Origin: Octopus vulgaris
Taxonomy: Eukaryota
Length of the DNA stretch: 64,000 bases
Assembly: GCA_951406725.2 (NCBI GenBank)
Contig: OX597836.1
Location: forward strand, 45,198,001 to 45,262,000
Direction: 5' to 3'
Below the pieces are notes generated by a model. That model saw only the letters and a list, made by a program, of their open reading frames with translations. It was not told the DNA's origin and did no database searches. Below are positions 22,111 through 36,790 of this stretch, in pieces (the first letter of the stretch is position 1; each line of letters opens with the position of its first letter). The position numbers and the translations under genes are program-made.

Positions 22111-22180
22111 GGAAGACAAGTCAAATTTGAATAATTTAATCACAGCCATAAGGACAGACTTCAACGACAGGTTTGATGAG
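22111..22180 (+). CDS. RPL7A: RPL7A exon 6
   Basis: atttcAG / GTCAGT; 70 nt, phase 2-0. Translates EDKSNLNNLITAIRTDFNDRFDE. Confidence 0.94.
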
Positions 22181-22238
22181 GTCAGTTATTTGTTATTACA
22201 CTTTTTTTTTCAAATTTTTTCTTTTTGTATACATAAGA

Positions 22239-22572
22239 CTAGCAGTATTGCTCGGGTTTGTAAGGGAAATAACTATATAAACCTTTTTAGAGAGTTACTT
22301 CCCTTATATAATAGCAAAAAATGTATTAAAAATGGGAAATTTTTTAAATCGTAGACACTTTAAGAGTTATATAATAGGAAAAAAAATATGGTATATTTTT
22401 AAAAAAATCATGGACTCATCGTAGACGCGCGCTAATACCCAGAAGGGCTCTATATGAATCACGACTATAAGATACCCGCTTTTGGTTAAACTGCACTGCA
22501 AAATGTGGGAGTAGTTAGGAATCTAAATCGTAGGAGACAGACACCACACAACTTTTCTTTTATATATATAGA
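22239..22572 (-). mobile_element. Non-autonomous Helitron
   Basis: On the minus strand it starts TC(TATATATATAAA), ends CTAG, and sits between A and T. Homologous to 60721-61116. Confidence 0.75.
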
Positions 22573-23468
22573 TATTAACTACAATATGTATGACAAAATT
22601 GGTCAAATATAAGAAAGAGGCACCCAACTCAATGTAGGAATTGCATGTATTATTTAAAACAGTTCGATCCAGCCCTATGCAAGTTCTGTAGGCTTGCTAC
22701 AGAAACCTAACCAGACTTGGATGTTACATTCCGCTGGTCACAATGCCCTTTCTCAGATTGTTGTAAGCTTTCAAATGATGCTACCCTACAGGTTGGGTGG
22801 GCAGGGTAACATTTTCTCTGCACAGAATGCCAGTTTGTTGCTGGGTTACTCATTTGCAGTTGAGATGAGAGCAACATGAAATGAAATGCTTTGTCAACCA
22901 GTGGTTGGGGACAGACGGACACAAGTGCATGTATATGCGTGCGCTCGCACACACATACAAGCTTCTTTGAGTTTCTGGCCCACCAAAACCACTCAGCTTT
23001 GGTTGGCCTGTGGCTGTAGAAGACATCTGACCCAAGGTGCCACGCAGTGAAACTGAACCTGGGTCCATGTGCTTGGGAAGCAAACATGTTAGCACACAGT
23101 GATACCTGTGTGTGTGTGTGTATATAAAACTTAACACAAATGGCAAGGTATAAACTTCACTATATACTTCAGATATAAACTACTTGCCCATGTAATATGA
23201 TTTGTAACGGTTTTGTGTGAAATTCTCCAACCTGACAATGAAAGAATCAATTATGATCTTGAATATTTGTTATATTTAAGCAGATTTTGTGACTCAGTTA
23301 CTTTTTAATTATGTACTTAATCTTTTATGAAGTAGCCATTGTTTTCAGCAACACTATTTCGTATCAGTTATATTGTGATTTTAGTCTGCCGTTGTTAGAT
23401 TTAGAAAGTTTTGTTACTGATTAATTCCGTTGCATGTGGTTTCTCATTGATGTTTTTGCTTTTTCCAG

Positions 23469-23573
23469 ATTCGCCGTCATTGGGGTGGTGGTATTTTGGG
23501 TTGCAAGTCCCGGGCCAAGTTAAGTAAGTTGGAGAGAGTGCGTGCTAAAGAAATAGCACAGAAGCTGGGTTAA
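23469..23573 (+). CDS. RPL7A: RPL7A last exon (to TAA stop)
   Basis: ttttccAG acceptor. Translates [34 protein letters not shown]. The six exons sum to 795 nt in frame, giving 265 aa with an upstream ATG. Confidence 0.97.
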   Translation: MRRHWGGGILGCKSRAKLSKLERVRAKEIAQKLG

Positions 23574-23596
23574 TTTTCTTTTGTGGAATTGACGAA

Positions 23597-23602
23597 AATA
23601 AA
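23597..23602 (+). terminator. Polyadenylation signal of RPL7A
   Basis: AATAAA about 24 nt after the stop codon, followed by a T/GT-rich stretch. A short 3' UTR is typical of ribosomal protein mRNAs. Confidence 0.75.
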
Positions 23603-25197
23603 TATACTACAGAAAAAAAATTGTCATTTTGTTATTCTTTGTCAGAGTTGTGGACAAATGTTGGTGTGTGATAAGGGCATATGTGCCAGAGAGAAATCAC
23701 TTGGTGATAAGGCCAAGATCCCCCATGGTAGCTCTATCTGCCACCAACTGTTTTAGCATGAAACTCATTAATATAGTCTTTGGTTTAAAGATGCAAAACA
23801 AAGTTTTAATCAAGTCAATCAACATTGTTTAACGTCTGTTTTCCATGCTGGCATGGGTTGGGTGGTTTGACTGGGGATTGGCAAGCCAAGAGGCCTCACC
23901 AAGCTTGAATCTGATCTGGCTATGCTTCTACAGTTGGATGCCCTTACTAATGCCAACCAGTCTGAGTGTAGTGGGTGCTTTATATGGGACCACGTTCGGG
24001 GAGCCACTGGCAACAACATAAATGGTGCTCATTGCGTGCCACCAGCACGAATGTAACCAAAAAGTAATGTGTTGCAGTTAAAAAATATATTGTATAGTTG
24101 AATGTATGTTATGTAAATTTAGATAATCTGGTTGATGTATAGAGGAGAGGCATCTGCATAGCAATATTAGTGACAAGGCAGTGTTAATGCAGAGAGGTAA
24201 TAGCCCCCACTTACATGTCGGCGTACTGTTAGAACAAGCTATACTGCAGTAGAAAACTACGAGAGAATCCTTTGCACCAGAATCCAGCCAAAATAAGATT
24301 TTATCTTCAAGATGGTAAGATCTGGCCTCACAATTGACCTATGTATTCTGAAAATATGCAATCACATTGAAATCTCAAAAACTATGAAGTAATGCTTGGC
24401 TTGTTTTTATCAGTGTGAATAATTAAGCATTACATTTCACAAATCGGAATGCTAAAGGGTTAGGTGGTGGGGTGGATAAGTAAAATGTATCAAATTAGGG
24501 GTAGATATTTTTTTTTGTTTGATGGCTCTATATATAAACTGGCTTTGGTTGTGGCTAGTTGTCATTATGGTTCCATCTCTAACTCTGCACACCATAAACG
24601 TATGCATGCACAAAGCATCAGTTCCCAATGGTGGTTGTGTAAATATGAGATATTCATGTTTACATAAATGGTGTGTGGGGGGAGGGGTGACGGCAAGTTG
24701 TAATGTTTTTTTTTTTCTTTTGCTAAAAAAAACTGCCACAATAGATTAAAGCCTTTAATCCAGTGACATTAACACTGAGCCAGGTCAGACATTAATCCCG
24801 CTGCTAATGCATTATTAAATCACACTACCACCGAAGCAAGTCTCCTCACACCACTCCTCGATTTGTAATACAGATGAAGCCAAGAGATGATCTCTTTAAG
24901 ACTTAACACATCCTCCTCCCCCCTTACCTTGAAGGTGGTGGTGGTGGTGCCTCAGTTTATCAATTCACTCGGTTCTTATGCAAGGCCCTCGTTGCATCGA
25001 AGAGATCTTACCTGGACGTGGTTCTCCTTATATTTATTCTGTCCCCTGGAACTTCAATAATCTCAGCAGTGGAACCTCAGGTATTGTTCATTTACATACA
25101 TGTTAATATGGTGAGAGTTATTTGCACCTGTGTATATACACAATCATTTTATGTCCACTTTTCCAGGCTTCTATGGATCATTATATACACGCATATC

Positions 25198-25240
<43 letters not shown>

Positions 25241-26065
25241 ATGGCGCAGGAGTGGCTGTGTGGTAAGTAGCTTGTTTACCAACCACATGGTTCCGGGTTC
25301 AGTCCTACTGCGTGGCATCTTGGGTAAGTGTCTTCTACTATAGCCTCGGGCCGACCAAAGCCTTGTAAGTGGATTTGGTAGATGGAAACTGAAAGAAGCC
25401 CGTCGTATATATATATATATACGTGTGTGTCTGTGTTTGTCCCCCTAGCATTGCATGACAACCGATGTTAGTGTGTTTATGTCCCCGTTACTTAGCGGTT
25501 CTGCAAAAGAGACCGATAGAATAAGTATTGGGCTTACAAAAGAATAAGTCCTGGGGGTCGATTTGCTCGACTAAAGGCGGTGCTCCAGCATGGCTGCAGT
25601 CAAATGACTGAAAAGAGTAAGAGAATATATATATATGTGTGTGTATGTTGACAGTGACTGAAGCTTTGGTCAGTTAAGCCATAGTTTGTGGTGCATACCC
25701 ATCCAAAGCTGATTTGAAGTTAACAGACTATAAAGCCAAGACTGCCTCTAATGCACTGCAAATCCAACGATGATTTAGCTGGCCAAAACTTCGAAGTCAC
25801 TGTGAACAGTATTCTCGTATGAGAATAAATCTGTACTCAAAAGTATAGAGTAACTCATCAGATTAATGTAAAATTGTTCATCATAACAAGATAAAAACAA
25901 TACCTGCATTTCCCAGTACAAATGTTGATGTATGGAGGGCAGGAATGCAAGAAAGCACTGATTCAGAATAGGGTACCATTTAACTCTGCATCATCATTAA
26001 TTTGGGGCTAACCACTTGTTTAGTGTTAGTGCCTTCTATAATAACTCTAGTCTGGAGGAAATCTG

Positions 26066-26099
<34 letters not shown>

Positions 26100-26647
26100 C
26101 AAAACATCTGGACAACTAGGTGATACAAAAAGGGACAATAAAACATCCAGATAGATGATACAAAAAAACAAGGGCGGGTCATTCGAAGCCTTCTATCCTC
26201 AGTCAAGAACCTGATCATCCTCGCAATTTCGGCTGATTAATCTTGGACCCGTTTTTTTCTTTTTTGGTATCGTCTATCTGGATGTTTTGTTGTCCCTTTT
26301 TGTATCACCTAATTGACTGGATGTTTTGTGTTCTTGTCTCATTTTGTATTATCTATATATATATATGTATATATATATATGCATTAGAAAAAAACCACCG
26401 TTTATCAATTCAAAATGAACAATTAAATTACACCATATCGGTATTTTGTTATTTTAATTTTAATATTTCTATTATATGTAATTTTCTAGATGGTGTAATT
26501 TAATTGTTCATTTTGGATTGATAAAAGGTGTTTTCTTTTCTAATTTTATATATATATTATATTGCGTGAAATTTGATTTAGTATTTCTAAATTGAATTTT
26601 TTCCCTGTAAGTTAGGATTCCCTCAAATAATTATTATATATATATAT

Positions 26648-26970
26648 CATCATCATCGTTTAGCGTCCGCTTTCCATGCTGGTATGGGTTGGACGGTGTA
26701 ACTGGGGTCTGGGAAGCCAGAAGGCTGCACCAGTCTGATCTGGCAATGTTTCTATGGCTGGATGCCCTTCGTAACGCCAACCACTCCATGAGTGTAGTGG
26801 GTGCTTTTTACGTGCCACCTGCACAGGTGCCAGACAAGTCTGGCAATCGGCCACGGTCGGATAGTGCCTTTTACGTGCCGCCGGCACGGAGGCCAGGCCA
26901 GGCTGGCAACGGCCACGATCAGATGGTGCTTTTTACGTGCCACCGGCACGGAAGCCAGTCAGGGCGGTCA
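26648..26970. repeat. Dispersed repeat with internal ~60-bp subrepeats and (CAT)n end
   Basis: Repeated GTGCTTTTTACGTGCCACC motif after catcatcatcgtttagcgtccgctttccatgc. An inverted copy lies at ~29160-29548 and a degenerate copy at ~23825-24050. Confidence 0.7.
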
Positions 26971-27461
26971 GGCATATATATACATACATATATATATAGC
27001 AGCGTACGTACACTTTGTTCGCCCCCCCCCCTCTCTCTCTATATATATATATATAAATATAATGTCTGCCCCGGTTTGTTCTTTGCCTCATGATATATAC
27101 GTTCATCACTTCGTGTGTTGGTCTTAAAATCTCATTGGTTACTTGGTTGGTAGATCATTCTGTTAGTAGTAGATTTAACTCGCGTACAGGCCCTACATGC
27201 GAAGATATTCGATGTTTCGACTATTGTATTTTTTTTTAGGTGTTACCAAGGATTAAACAATTAATTTAAGGGGGTGGGGTCCTCCTAGCCAATATCATAG
27301 ATGAAGATGGGTTAAATGATGCTAGTTTGGTTCCCAGCCACATAGTTCTAGGTTCAGTTCCATTGCGTTGCACCTTGGCCAAGTGTCTTGTCTATGGCCT
27401 CGGGTCAACTAAAGCCTTGTGAGTGGATTTGGTCGGAGGAAACTGAAAAAAAGCCCATTTT

Positions 27462-27863
27462 GGATCTTTTTGGTTTGAACGGCAGTTTTAATATAATTTC
27501 TAGGTAACTAAAAAAATTAAAACTTCGTATACTGGTAGAATGTGTTTAGAAAACATTTTTTTCTCTTTACTTTATTGAGAAATTTCTTTGGTTAGTAAGA
27601 TATTTTTTGTTTTTTTTTCTGCAATTTCAACCAATCACTGACGTCTATTGAGGTAAAAAAACATTCTGTGCCGTATGAATATGTCCCTCTTTTAAGAAAC
27701 AGATTGGGTTTATTTACATTTCTGAAGAAAAAAAGATACCCTTCCCTTAACCCTAACCCTAAAACAGATTGAAATGCAATAGATCGATACTAGGGACATA
27801 ATTATGGGTGACAATTTCATATGACACCGCTAGAAAAAACTGCCGTTCAAACCGAAAAGATCC
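27462..27863. mobile_element. DNA transposon MITE with 8-bp TSD, inserted in a degenerate SINE
   Basis: TIR GGATCTTTTTGGTTTGAACGGCAGTTT / AAACTGCCGTTCAAACCGAAAAGATCC and TSD CCCATTTT on both sides. Internal (CCCTAA)n. Confidence 0.85.
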
Positions 27864-29828
27864 CCCATTTTTAATGTGCGTGTCCACCCCACCTTCATCG
27901 CTTGACAATCAATGTTTACGTTCCCGTAACATAGCGGTTCGGTGAAAGAGACCAATGGAATATATATCACACGTACAAAAAAGGAATGATCGGAGTCGAA
28001 TCATTCGACTAAGAATTCTTCAATGTGTTGCTGTAGCATGGCCTCACTCTAATGACTAAGACAAGTAAAAAAAAAAAAAAAAAAAGTGTTGGTGAAAGAA
28101 AACAAAATCCTAACGAATCCAGACAAACTTTTCCTTTCAAGGAAACGAAATTTGTTTCTGTAATTAATTTTTACAGAATTATCTCCCTTTTATCAGCTGC
28201 CAACGATTGTCGCTGGAGCTTTTGTTTAAAAGACACTCATTTCTCCCGTTCGGTATATCAGCATTCGCTTGATTTACTCTGCTCTCTTTTACTTGTTTCA
28301 GTCATTTGACTGCGGCCATGCTGGAGCACCGCCTTTAGTCGAGCAACTCGACCCCGGCACTTATTCTTTTTGTAAGCCCAGTACTTATTCTATCGGTCTC
28401 TTTTTGCCGAACCGCTAAGTAACGGGGACATAAACGCACCAGCATCGGTTGTCAAGCAATGCTAGGGGGACAAACACACACATGCATATATATATATATA
28501 TATATACGACAGGCTTCTTTCAGTTTCCGTCTACCAAATCCACTCACAAGGCTTTAGTCGGCCCGAAGCTATAGCAGAAGACACTTGCCCAAGGTGCCAC
28601 GCAGTAGGACTGAACCCGGAACCATGTGGTTGGTTAGCAAGCTACTTACCACACAGCCACTCCTGCGCCTATATTACCTCGGATTAATATTAATTTCAGG
28701 GAGATTTGGCTACTATTTCAAACAGACTTAGGAAGCCATAAAGAAACACTCGTACTCAAGGCATCGTGTTCCTCAATAATCTTTTAATAGATTATCCAGC
28801 TTAATTAAAAATTTTTGAAGAACTTCTTTTAACGGGTTTGCTAATAATTCTTGATTTTTTGCTGGAACCTCACCCCTCGTATAACAGTTAAAGCTGCATC
28901 CTTAAAGACTTCAGCCCCGGAAACTGCTGTACTCTTGCTGGCCCTTGATAAAGCTAGTATACCGTTGTCAGATCTAGGACGGTGATACTGTCGCTACACA
29001 AGTTCGAAGCCGAGGTGGTGAAGCATGAGCTTCGAACATTAGGCCTCGCCGAGGCAATGACTAGTGACCGAGACCTTTGGAAATATGTTGTGTTTGAGAA
29101 GACCCTAACCCGTGGCCTCTACCTGGGGTGCAACCAGCCCACTTATGCGTACCTTTCGTTCATTGGACACTAAACTCTGCTTGCGAAGACCTGTTGAGGC
29201 AAGTGAAATCAAATCAAATTCGCAAATTCGATGACTGGCACCCGAGCCAGTGGAGCGCTAAGAGCACCATCCGAGCATGATTGCTGTCACAGCAGCTAAC
29301 TGGCTTCCGTGCAGGTGGCACATAAAAAAACACCATTCAAATGTGATCATTACCAGCGTCAGCTTACTGGCACCTGTGCCGGTGGCACGTGAAAGACATT
29401 CGAGCGAGGCCTTTGCCAGTGCCGCTGGACTGGCTCCTGTGCAGGTGGCACGAAAAAAACACCACTTGAGCGTGGCCATTGCCTCAGTCAAATCGTCCAA
29501 CCCATGCTAGCATGGAAAGCGGAATTGAACAATGATGACGATGATGATCCAAACTAAATGATACAAAATTCCCAATGCCCATCCCATAATCACCACTCCA
29601 CAAATGACCCCCACTTATAGTTTAGACACTACGTCTAAACTAGTCCAGAACAAGGGAGACAAGTCAACCAAACTGTTAAGGGGCATACAGTGCGGTGGGA
29701 GTTTGATGGGTGGTGAATACGGTGACCCCAGACGTTTCAGTTATTAGACCGTAACCTTATTCGTTGATAACAGTCCTCGGAAGGAGTGAGAGAACACGTC
29801 TATCTATCTATCTATCTCGCTGTCTGTC

Positions 29829-29948
<120 letters not shown>

Positions 29949-30420
29949 CGTCTGTCTGTTTGTCCCCTTTCACCACCACCGTCGCTTGGCTGTGTCTGCA
30001 TCCCCGTAGCTTAGCGGTTCAGCAAAAGACACCGATATAATAAGTACAAGGCTTAAAAAAAAATACTTAGGTCGATACATTCGACTAAAATTTTTCAAGG
30101 TGGTGCCCCAGCATGGCCGTGGCCTGATGACTGAAGCAAGTAAAAAACAGATACACACGTGTATAATTGTACAAGGCCAACATACCTGACACTTCTAACA
30201 CCCGAAAGGCTGATAAAAGCAGTCCCTGGTTTTCGTGGAACCAGATTTATTAACTTTTCTCTATCTCCCAGATGTAATACCTTGCCCTTGACAAGTTTAT
30301 CAAATGCAATCTCCTTGCACTGGACATCAAAATATTTGGTCATGTCGGGCACCAGACTCCCAGAGTTAAGCTTTAAGAATTCTGGCCTCAAGTATCTCCT
30401 TGAATTGGAAGCTTCATAAT

Positions 30421-30660
30421 AAGGTGGTGAGCTGGCAGAATCGTTAGCACGCCGGGCGAAATGCTTAGCGGTATTCCGTCTGCGTTACGTTGTGAGTTCA
30501 AATTCCGCCGAGGTCGACTTTGCCTTTCATCCTTTCGGGGTCGATAAATTAAGTACCAGTTACTTAATTTAATACTGGGGTCGATGTAATCGACTTAATA
30601 CCTATGTCTGTCCTTGTTTGTCCCCTCTGTGTTTAGCCCCTTGTGGGTAATAAAGAAATA
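30421..30660 (+). mobile_element. SINE family B
   Basis: Head AAGG.GG.GAGCTGGCAGAA, B-box GAGTTCAAATTC, core GGTCGACTTTGCCTTTCATCCTTTCGGGGTCGATAAATTAAGTACC. Other copies: ~31005-31238(-), 50437-51119(+, three in tandem), 61727-62030(-, tandem). Confidence 0.85.
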
Positions 30661-32250
30661 GGTGCTGTCCCTGACCTGCACTTTATCCACACTAGGGTCA
30701 CTCTAGGTTTAGTTATGTCACCCACTGTCTTTCCTTTCATTACCTCAGTTGTTTGGTATCACCTCTAACAACGTCCATCCCTAATGTAGGCGACTTCCTT
30801 CTCACGTCTCTATAACTTGCACACATGTGCTGTCTACACTCAACCTTCAAACATCAACATCATCAGCATTGCCATTCATTTTGTCGCCGTCGTCGACTTG
30901 ACTTGGACTGGTCTGTTTCACCTTATAAAACAGCTACACTTGCAATCACAAAGTCCACCTCCCAAAATAGTCTTTCCTCCTCCTCCACCTCCTCAGACAT
31001 ATTGTATCTGTTTCTTTATTACCCACAAGGGGCTAAACACAGAGAGGACAAACAAGGACAGACAAAGGGATGAAGTCGATTACATTGACTCCAGTATGCA
31101 ACTGGTACTTAATTTATCGACCACGAAAGGATGAAAGGCATAGTCGACCTCGGCGGAATTTGAACCCAGAACGTAACGGCAGACGAAATACGGTTACGCA
31201 TTTCGCCCGGCGTGCTAACGTTTCTGCCAGCTCGCCGTCTTCCTCAGACATATCGTATCTGTCAATAGAAATAGACTAAATACGTCGCCCAGCTTGACAC
31301 CGCCTGCTCAATCTTGACAATCTTTGTTGAAGTAAAGACGGAGTCCTAATTCTTGCTACTGAGTGGCAATGGTAAGGACTTTGAGGAAAACCTCCCCTCT
31401 TTCCCACTAGTCAGGAACGACTGGAAGAGGGTCATTTCCGGTGTTTTTCCCCCTCTTGATTGAAGGCAAAACAGGCGTAGGTGTGGCTGTGTGGTAAGTA
31501 GCTTGCTTACCAACCACATGGTTCCGGGTTCAGTCCCACTGCGTGGCACCTTGGGCAAGTGTCTTCTACTATAGCCTCGGGCCGACCAAAGCCTTGTGAG
31601 TGGATTTGGTAGACGGAATCTGAAAGAAGCCCGTCGTATATATATGTATATATATATATATATGTGTGTGTCTATGCTTGTGTATCTATGTTTGTCACCC
31701 TCAACATCGCTTGACAACCGATGCTGGTGTGTTTACGTCTCCGTAACTTGGCGGTTCGGCGAAAAAGACCGATAAAATAAGTACTAGGTTCACAAAGAAT
31801 AAGTCATGGGGTCGATTTGCTCGACTGAAGGCGGTGCTCCAGCATGGCCACAGTCGAATGACTGAAATAAGTAAGATAGTAGATGAGTAAGTTCTCTCTG
31901 ACAAACGCGCACGTATATACACGCGTGAGCGCGCACACACACTCTACATACGTACATACATACATCGAAATTGAGAGAGTGGAGCAGGTAAAGTCCAGGC
32001 TACCTGAGTTTCCTAGCTAGCAAATCCTCTGATGTAATAATTACTCAACGAAGGGTACTCGGGTAGCTTCTCACCAGGCCGAAGATCCCTTAATTACATG
32101 AAGGTTACTTTGCCGTTAAGGAATCCAAAGTTAACTCACCGAAGATTACAAACCATCACCAATAAACTATCGTTGTTTTTTTATTATACCTACCACGGAC
32201 TGCTCGAAGCTTACAAACTTCCTACACTTTGATCCGTGGATCTTGCAAAT

Positions 32251-32282
<32 letters not shown>

Positions 32283-32737
32283 CTTTCTCACTGTTTGCAC
32301 ACGCAAACACAGGAGCGAGTGTGCGCGCGCACATGCACACACACACACACACACTCCACATGCTCATACACACACATACTCACAAACGCACACACACACA
32401 CACCACATGCTCATACACACACATACTCACAAACACACATACACACCACATGCTCATACACACACACACCACATGCTCATACACAAACACGCACACACAC
32501 ACATACACCACATGCTCATACACACACACACACACACACACCATGCTCATACACACACATACTCACAAAGCGGCAGTGCATGATTTGAGGTTATTTCCAC
32601 AGCTATTTCCAGCAAGTTAAAGCGAACACACAGAAAATCACCGGCTGCTGTTTAATCACAGAGTCGACTCAATAATTAAATCTATTCTAGTTGTGATCCT
32701 CCTATCTTTTCCAAGCCATCGTGCATCGTAGACTCCA

Positions 32738-33289
32738 TTTGATAGCCAGATTTCAACACAATTTCTAGTTAACTAAACACTTTAAAACTTCGTATACTGG
32801 TAGAATGTGTCAAAAGAAAACATTATTTTCACTTGGCTTTTTTGATAAATTTGAAGGTTTAGGGTTAGGGTTAGAGTTAGGGATAAATTAAGTACCAGTT
32901 ACGTACTGGGGCCGGTCTAAACAACGGCAGTAATTCGTTATCGATATTGATAAATAAACGTGAATTTACTAATAATCTAAAGAAAAAAATTACTAATAAT
33001 CGTAAAGAAAAAAAAATCCCACTGTGGGGCCTGATATCGAACTCACGAACGCTACATTACGAACAAAACGGATGTTGTCTCAGTTTTTAGACGCAGCAAA
33101 TGATTTCAGCTCAAAAGAGAGCATAGGATTGGTTAAAATTCGAAAAATTAAACTACGTTAAACAAACGAATTACAAATTTATCAAAAAAGCCAAGTGAAA
33201 ATAATGTATTCTTTTGACACATTCTACCAGTATACGAAGTTTTAAAGTGTTTAGTTAACTAGAAATTGTGTTGAAATCTGGCTATCAAA
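32738..33289. mobile_element. MITE/foldback with ~113-bp near-perfect TIRs
   Basis: 32738-32851 is the reverse complement of about 33175-33289. Internal TTAGGG runs. Shares aaacttcgtatactggtagaatgtgt with the 27462 element. Confidence 0.85.
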
Positions 33290-33674
33290 AGGAAAAAATC
33301 CTTCCTTTTTTCTAAAACCGTAAGAAATTATACGAGGACAATTTGGCCCCTAATATTTATATCATGTCACGTGACCAGGTCGCTGCACGACGATGGGTAG
33401 GGTGCTCTGCGGGATGCAATGTTTATCTTCTATTTACGTTTTCAGTACTAAAAACGATTAAATCTGTTTATGGTGAATGGCTTTAAATTCTCGTGGCTCA
33501 GAGGTCAACCAAATAATAAGTACCAATCAAATACTAACAGTCAGGCGATATAATCAGATTATACAACGAAAAATAACCTTCCACTATATCGCAACAACAA
33601 AAATAGTACAAACAGAACTTGTGACATTTTGTATGTATGTGTGTGTGTGTGTGTGTATGTAAGTATGTATGCAC

Positions 33675-33752
<78 letters not shown>

Positions 33753-33904
33753 GCCTGCCTGCCTGCCTGCCTGCTAGCTTGCTTGTCTGTCTGTCTGTCT
33801 GTCTAATCCATAATTGCGGCCTTGTAGCTATTTTAGATATTTACATAAAATATTTTAACCACTTCTTGGTTTTCCCATTTTCTGCGAAAGCGTGCAAAAT
33901 GAGT

Positions 33905-33937
<33 letters not shown>

Positions 33938-34708
33938 GAAATGCATCCCGGCGTTGCCGGGTGTTATGATCTACAGCTGCATTGTATTATTTGTTCCTTT
34001 CTTATGGGCAGTATCGGCACACGAGGAGTATGAAGCAAACAACTCTTGTTTATAAACATGCTTTTCGGTAATTTTCTGATTAACAACGTTGCAGTTTCTG
34101 TCTACCAAATTCAGTCACAAGCCTGTGGTTGGCCTAGGGCTATAGTAGAAAACACTTGCCCAAGGTACCGTGCAGAGGGATTGAACGTGGAATCATGTGG
34201 TTGGGAAGCAAACTTCTCAACCACACAGTCATTCTTGCACTTAATATGTGTGTGTGTGTTTACATTTGTTGGTAATTCGAGTATTGTGTCTCACTATGTC
34301 TCAAACTTAGCAGTTCATCAAGGAGAGATCTATAAAATAAATACCAAATTGAAATACGTACTGAGGTCAGAATGATCAATTAAATTTTTGAAGGTGATAC
34401 CTTATCATGGCGACAGTCAAAAGACTAAACCCAGTAAAATAATGTTTAAAGACTTAATGGCTTCAAATTTAAGGTAATGGATTACTAACCACAAGGTAAT
34501 GAGTTCAAAACTTCGTATTGAACTTCCGCTCAATACTATAACAGTATTGTACATCTCAGTCTATTTGACTTCCATCAATTAACAATTGTTATTTGAAGTT
34601 GAATGGTTAACACTAAGAAAGATGTCCAGATTTCTTAAAAAATTATTGGGCAAAATATTCTGAGAAAAAGCATTTTTCTCACCACAAGAAAACACACACA
34701 CACACACA

Positions 34709-34767
<59 letters not shown>

Positions 34768-35529
34768 AGGTGTCTGTAGTAACTTGAGCTACTAAAAATA
34801 GAAGCCAAATCTCTTTCAAAACACACTCTTTCATGAAAAGAAAGACACAGATTTACAGTATTTCAGGAAGAAAAGGAAAAAAATCCCAAAACAAAAAAAC
34901 TATGCGATGGGTCTGCTACAGCAGAGGCAACTCTGGGCTAAACAAAACACAGACAAACATACTTCATATTAAAAGATTATCTACTAAATAGTACTAATAA
35001 AGTTGATGGTATCTCTTCGAAGTTTCATTCCATGTATTTTAAAAATTTTCTCATAAAGGATGTTCAGGCAAAGTTGCCACCCTTAGTTAAAGACCTCAAA
35101 ATTGTGCGACCCGACGTCGTTTTCGAGGTTATTTTTGTTGTAAAAAAGAGTTGTTGTGCAAAAAACATACTTTATTTGGCAACAGAAAGATTACTGAATC
35201 TTTTGATACCTCATACGTCAAAACCGGCAACTCAGTTTTCGAATCCATAAGGAACATACGCACCACACACAAACTCTGTCTTATAGATATATATGTGTGT
35301 GTGTATATATATACAGTTGTCCATTATGTCCATTGTGGGTGCGTTACTGTATGTTCTGGTCAAACTCTTTGCTGAACTCCCAGGTATTGGTAGAAGCCCG
35401 AAGCTGGGGATCTGGTGATTATAGTCATGATGGGGCATGCAGGTATGATTGGATGCATTTCTTTTCATGGGGCAAGGATTGAAAGTGTTACTTCTGCTGT
35501 TCAGGTAAATGCCTGGGTGCTGGGAGGTT

Positions 35530-36790
35530 TTAATATTGCTCTTTTCTCAGCCAGGCATAATCTGCACTTCCTGCTGCTATTGAAGCACGCTTTATATTTC
35601 TCTCCATTTTATGCTGTAGTCGGTGGCGTTTTCCCCTCAATGACCATACGTGTTTGGTCAGGGGTGTAGCGTTACGTCTCTCAAGGATATTGAAGGTGGA
35701 CTTGTAGTAGTTATAGCGGGTTCTGAAGGGTCCTTCAGTTGCTCCCACGTACTTTCGCACGCTTGGTTTCTCATTTGGTCCTAATGCTGTTATCTCTGCC
35801 TCGCATACGTCGGTCTACGTGTTACAGTACCCGTTCAGTGGGTATGTTGTGTTACAGTTACATGATCATCCTGCCTATGTCTCAGGTGTGGGTCTACCTG
35901 CTAAAATCCTTTTTTACATTGGGTGCATTGCTAAAGGTAATTCTCAGGGTGTACCTTTTAAATATTTTGTTGAACCTATTTGTACGGGGGAAGTGTTTAC
36001 TCTTTACTCTTTTACTCTTTTACTTGTTTCAGTCATTTGACTGCGGCCATGCCGGAGCACCGCCTTTAGTCGAGCAACTCGACCCCGGGACTTATTCTTT
36101 GTAAGCCCAGTACTTATTCTATCGGTCTCTTTTGCCGAACCGCTAAGAGACGGGGACGTAAACACACCAGCATCGGTTGTCAAGCAATGCTAGGGACACA
36201 CACACACAAACACACACATACATATACATATATATACATATATACGACAGGCTTCTTTCAGTTTCCGTCTACCAAATCCACTCAAGGCATTGGTCGGCCC
36301 GGGGCTATAGCAGAAGACACTTGCCCAAGATGCCACGCAGTGGGACTGAACCCGGAACCATGTGGTTGGTTAGCAAGCTACTTACCACACGGCCACTCCT
36401 GCGTTTGTCTACTAAGCTAAGGAAATTCTTATCTATTCGGGTTTTTACCCTTAAAGAGAAATGCGGTGTGATCCACAACACTTTCCGGTGACGCTTTCTC
36501 CTGGAGGGGTTTGTAACTAATACTATGCTTTAAACCGCTGGCGGCTGGAGCCACATCGTATTATGGGGGCGGTAGTATAAAAATTTCTTTGCTTGAAGAT
36601 AGGTTGGGGATTCTTCTGAAGACGCCCTTTTTACCAGGTTCTTCAAAACTATGACTGAATGACAAGAACCTGTGTTAATATACGATAGTTACTCATTTGC
36701 CCTTTTAAAGTGTCTATAGGCAGCGGACTCAAAGCCCAGGGTCACATCAAGGAAACCCACCGTTTTCAGGTTGGTTTCTATCGAGACCTT
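35530..36790 (-). mobile_element. Penelope-like retroelement remnant (RT end + GIY-YIG), interrupted by a SINE
   Basis: Minus strand LKVSIETNLKTVGFLDVTL (RT thumb region) near 36790-36700 and KYVGATEGPFRTRYNYYKSTF (GIY-YIG) at 35760-35640. Frameshifted. Confidence 0.75.

Noticed and set aside
23253-23315. ATGAT-c-TTGAATATTTGTTA resembling a U24 D' guide in the last intron
   Set aside because: No D'/D box or terminal stem. It may be a decayed copy but cannot be separated from chance in AT-rich DNA.
30095-30419. Overlapping 98-aa and 86-aa ORFs in non-microsatellite sequence
   Set aside because: No recognisable motif or splice signals, and flanked by SINEs; probably an unclassified repeat fragment.
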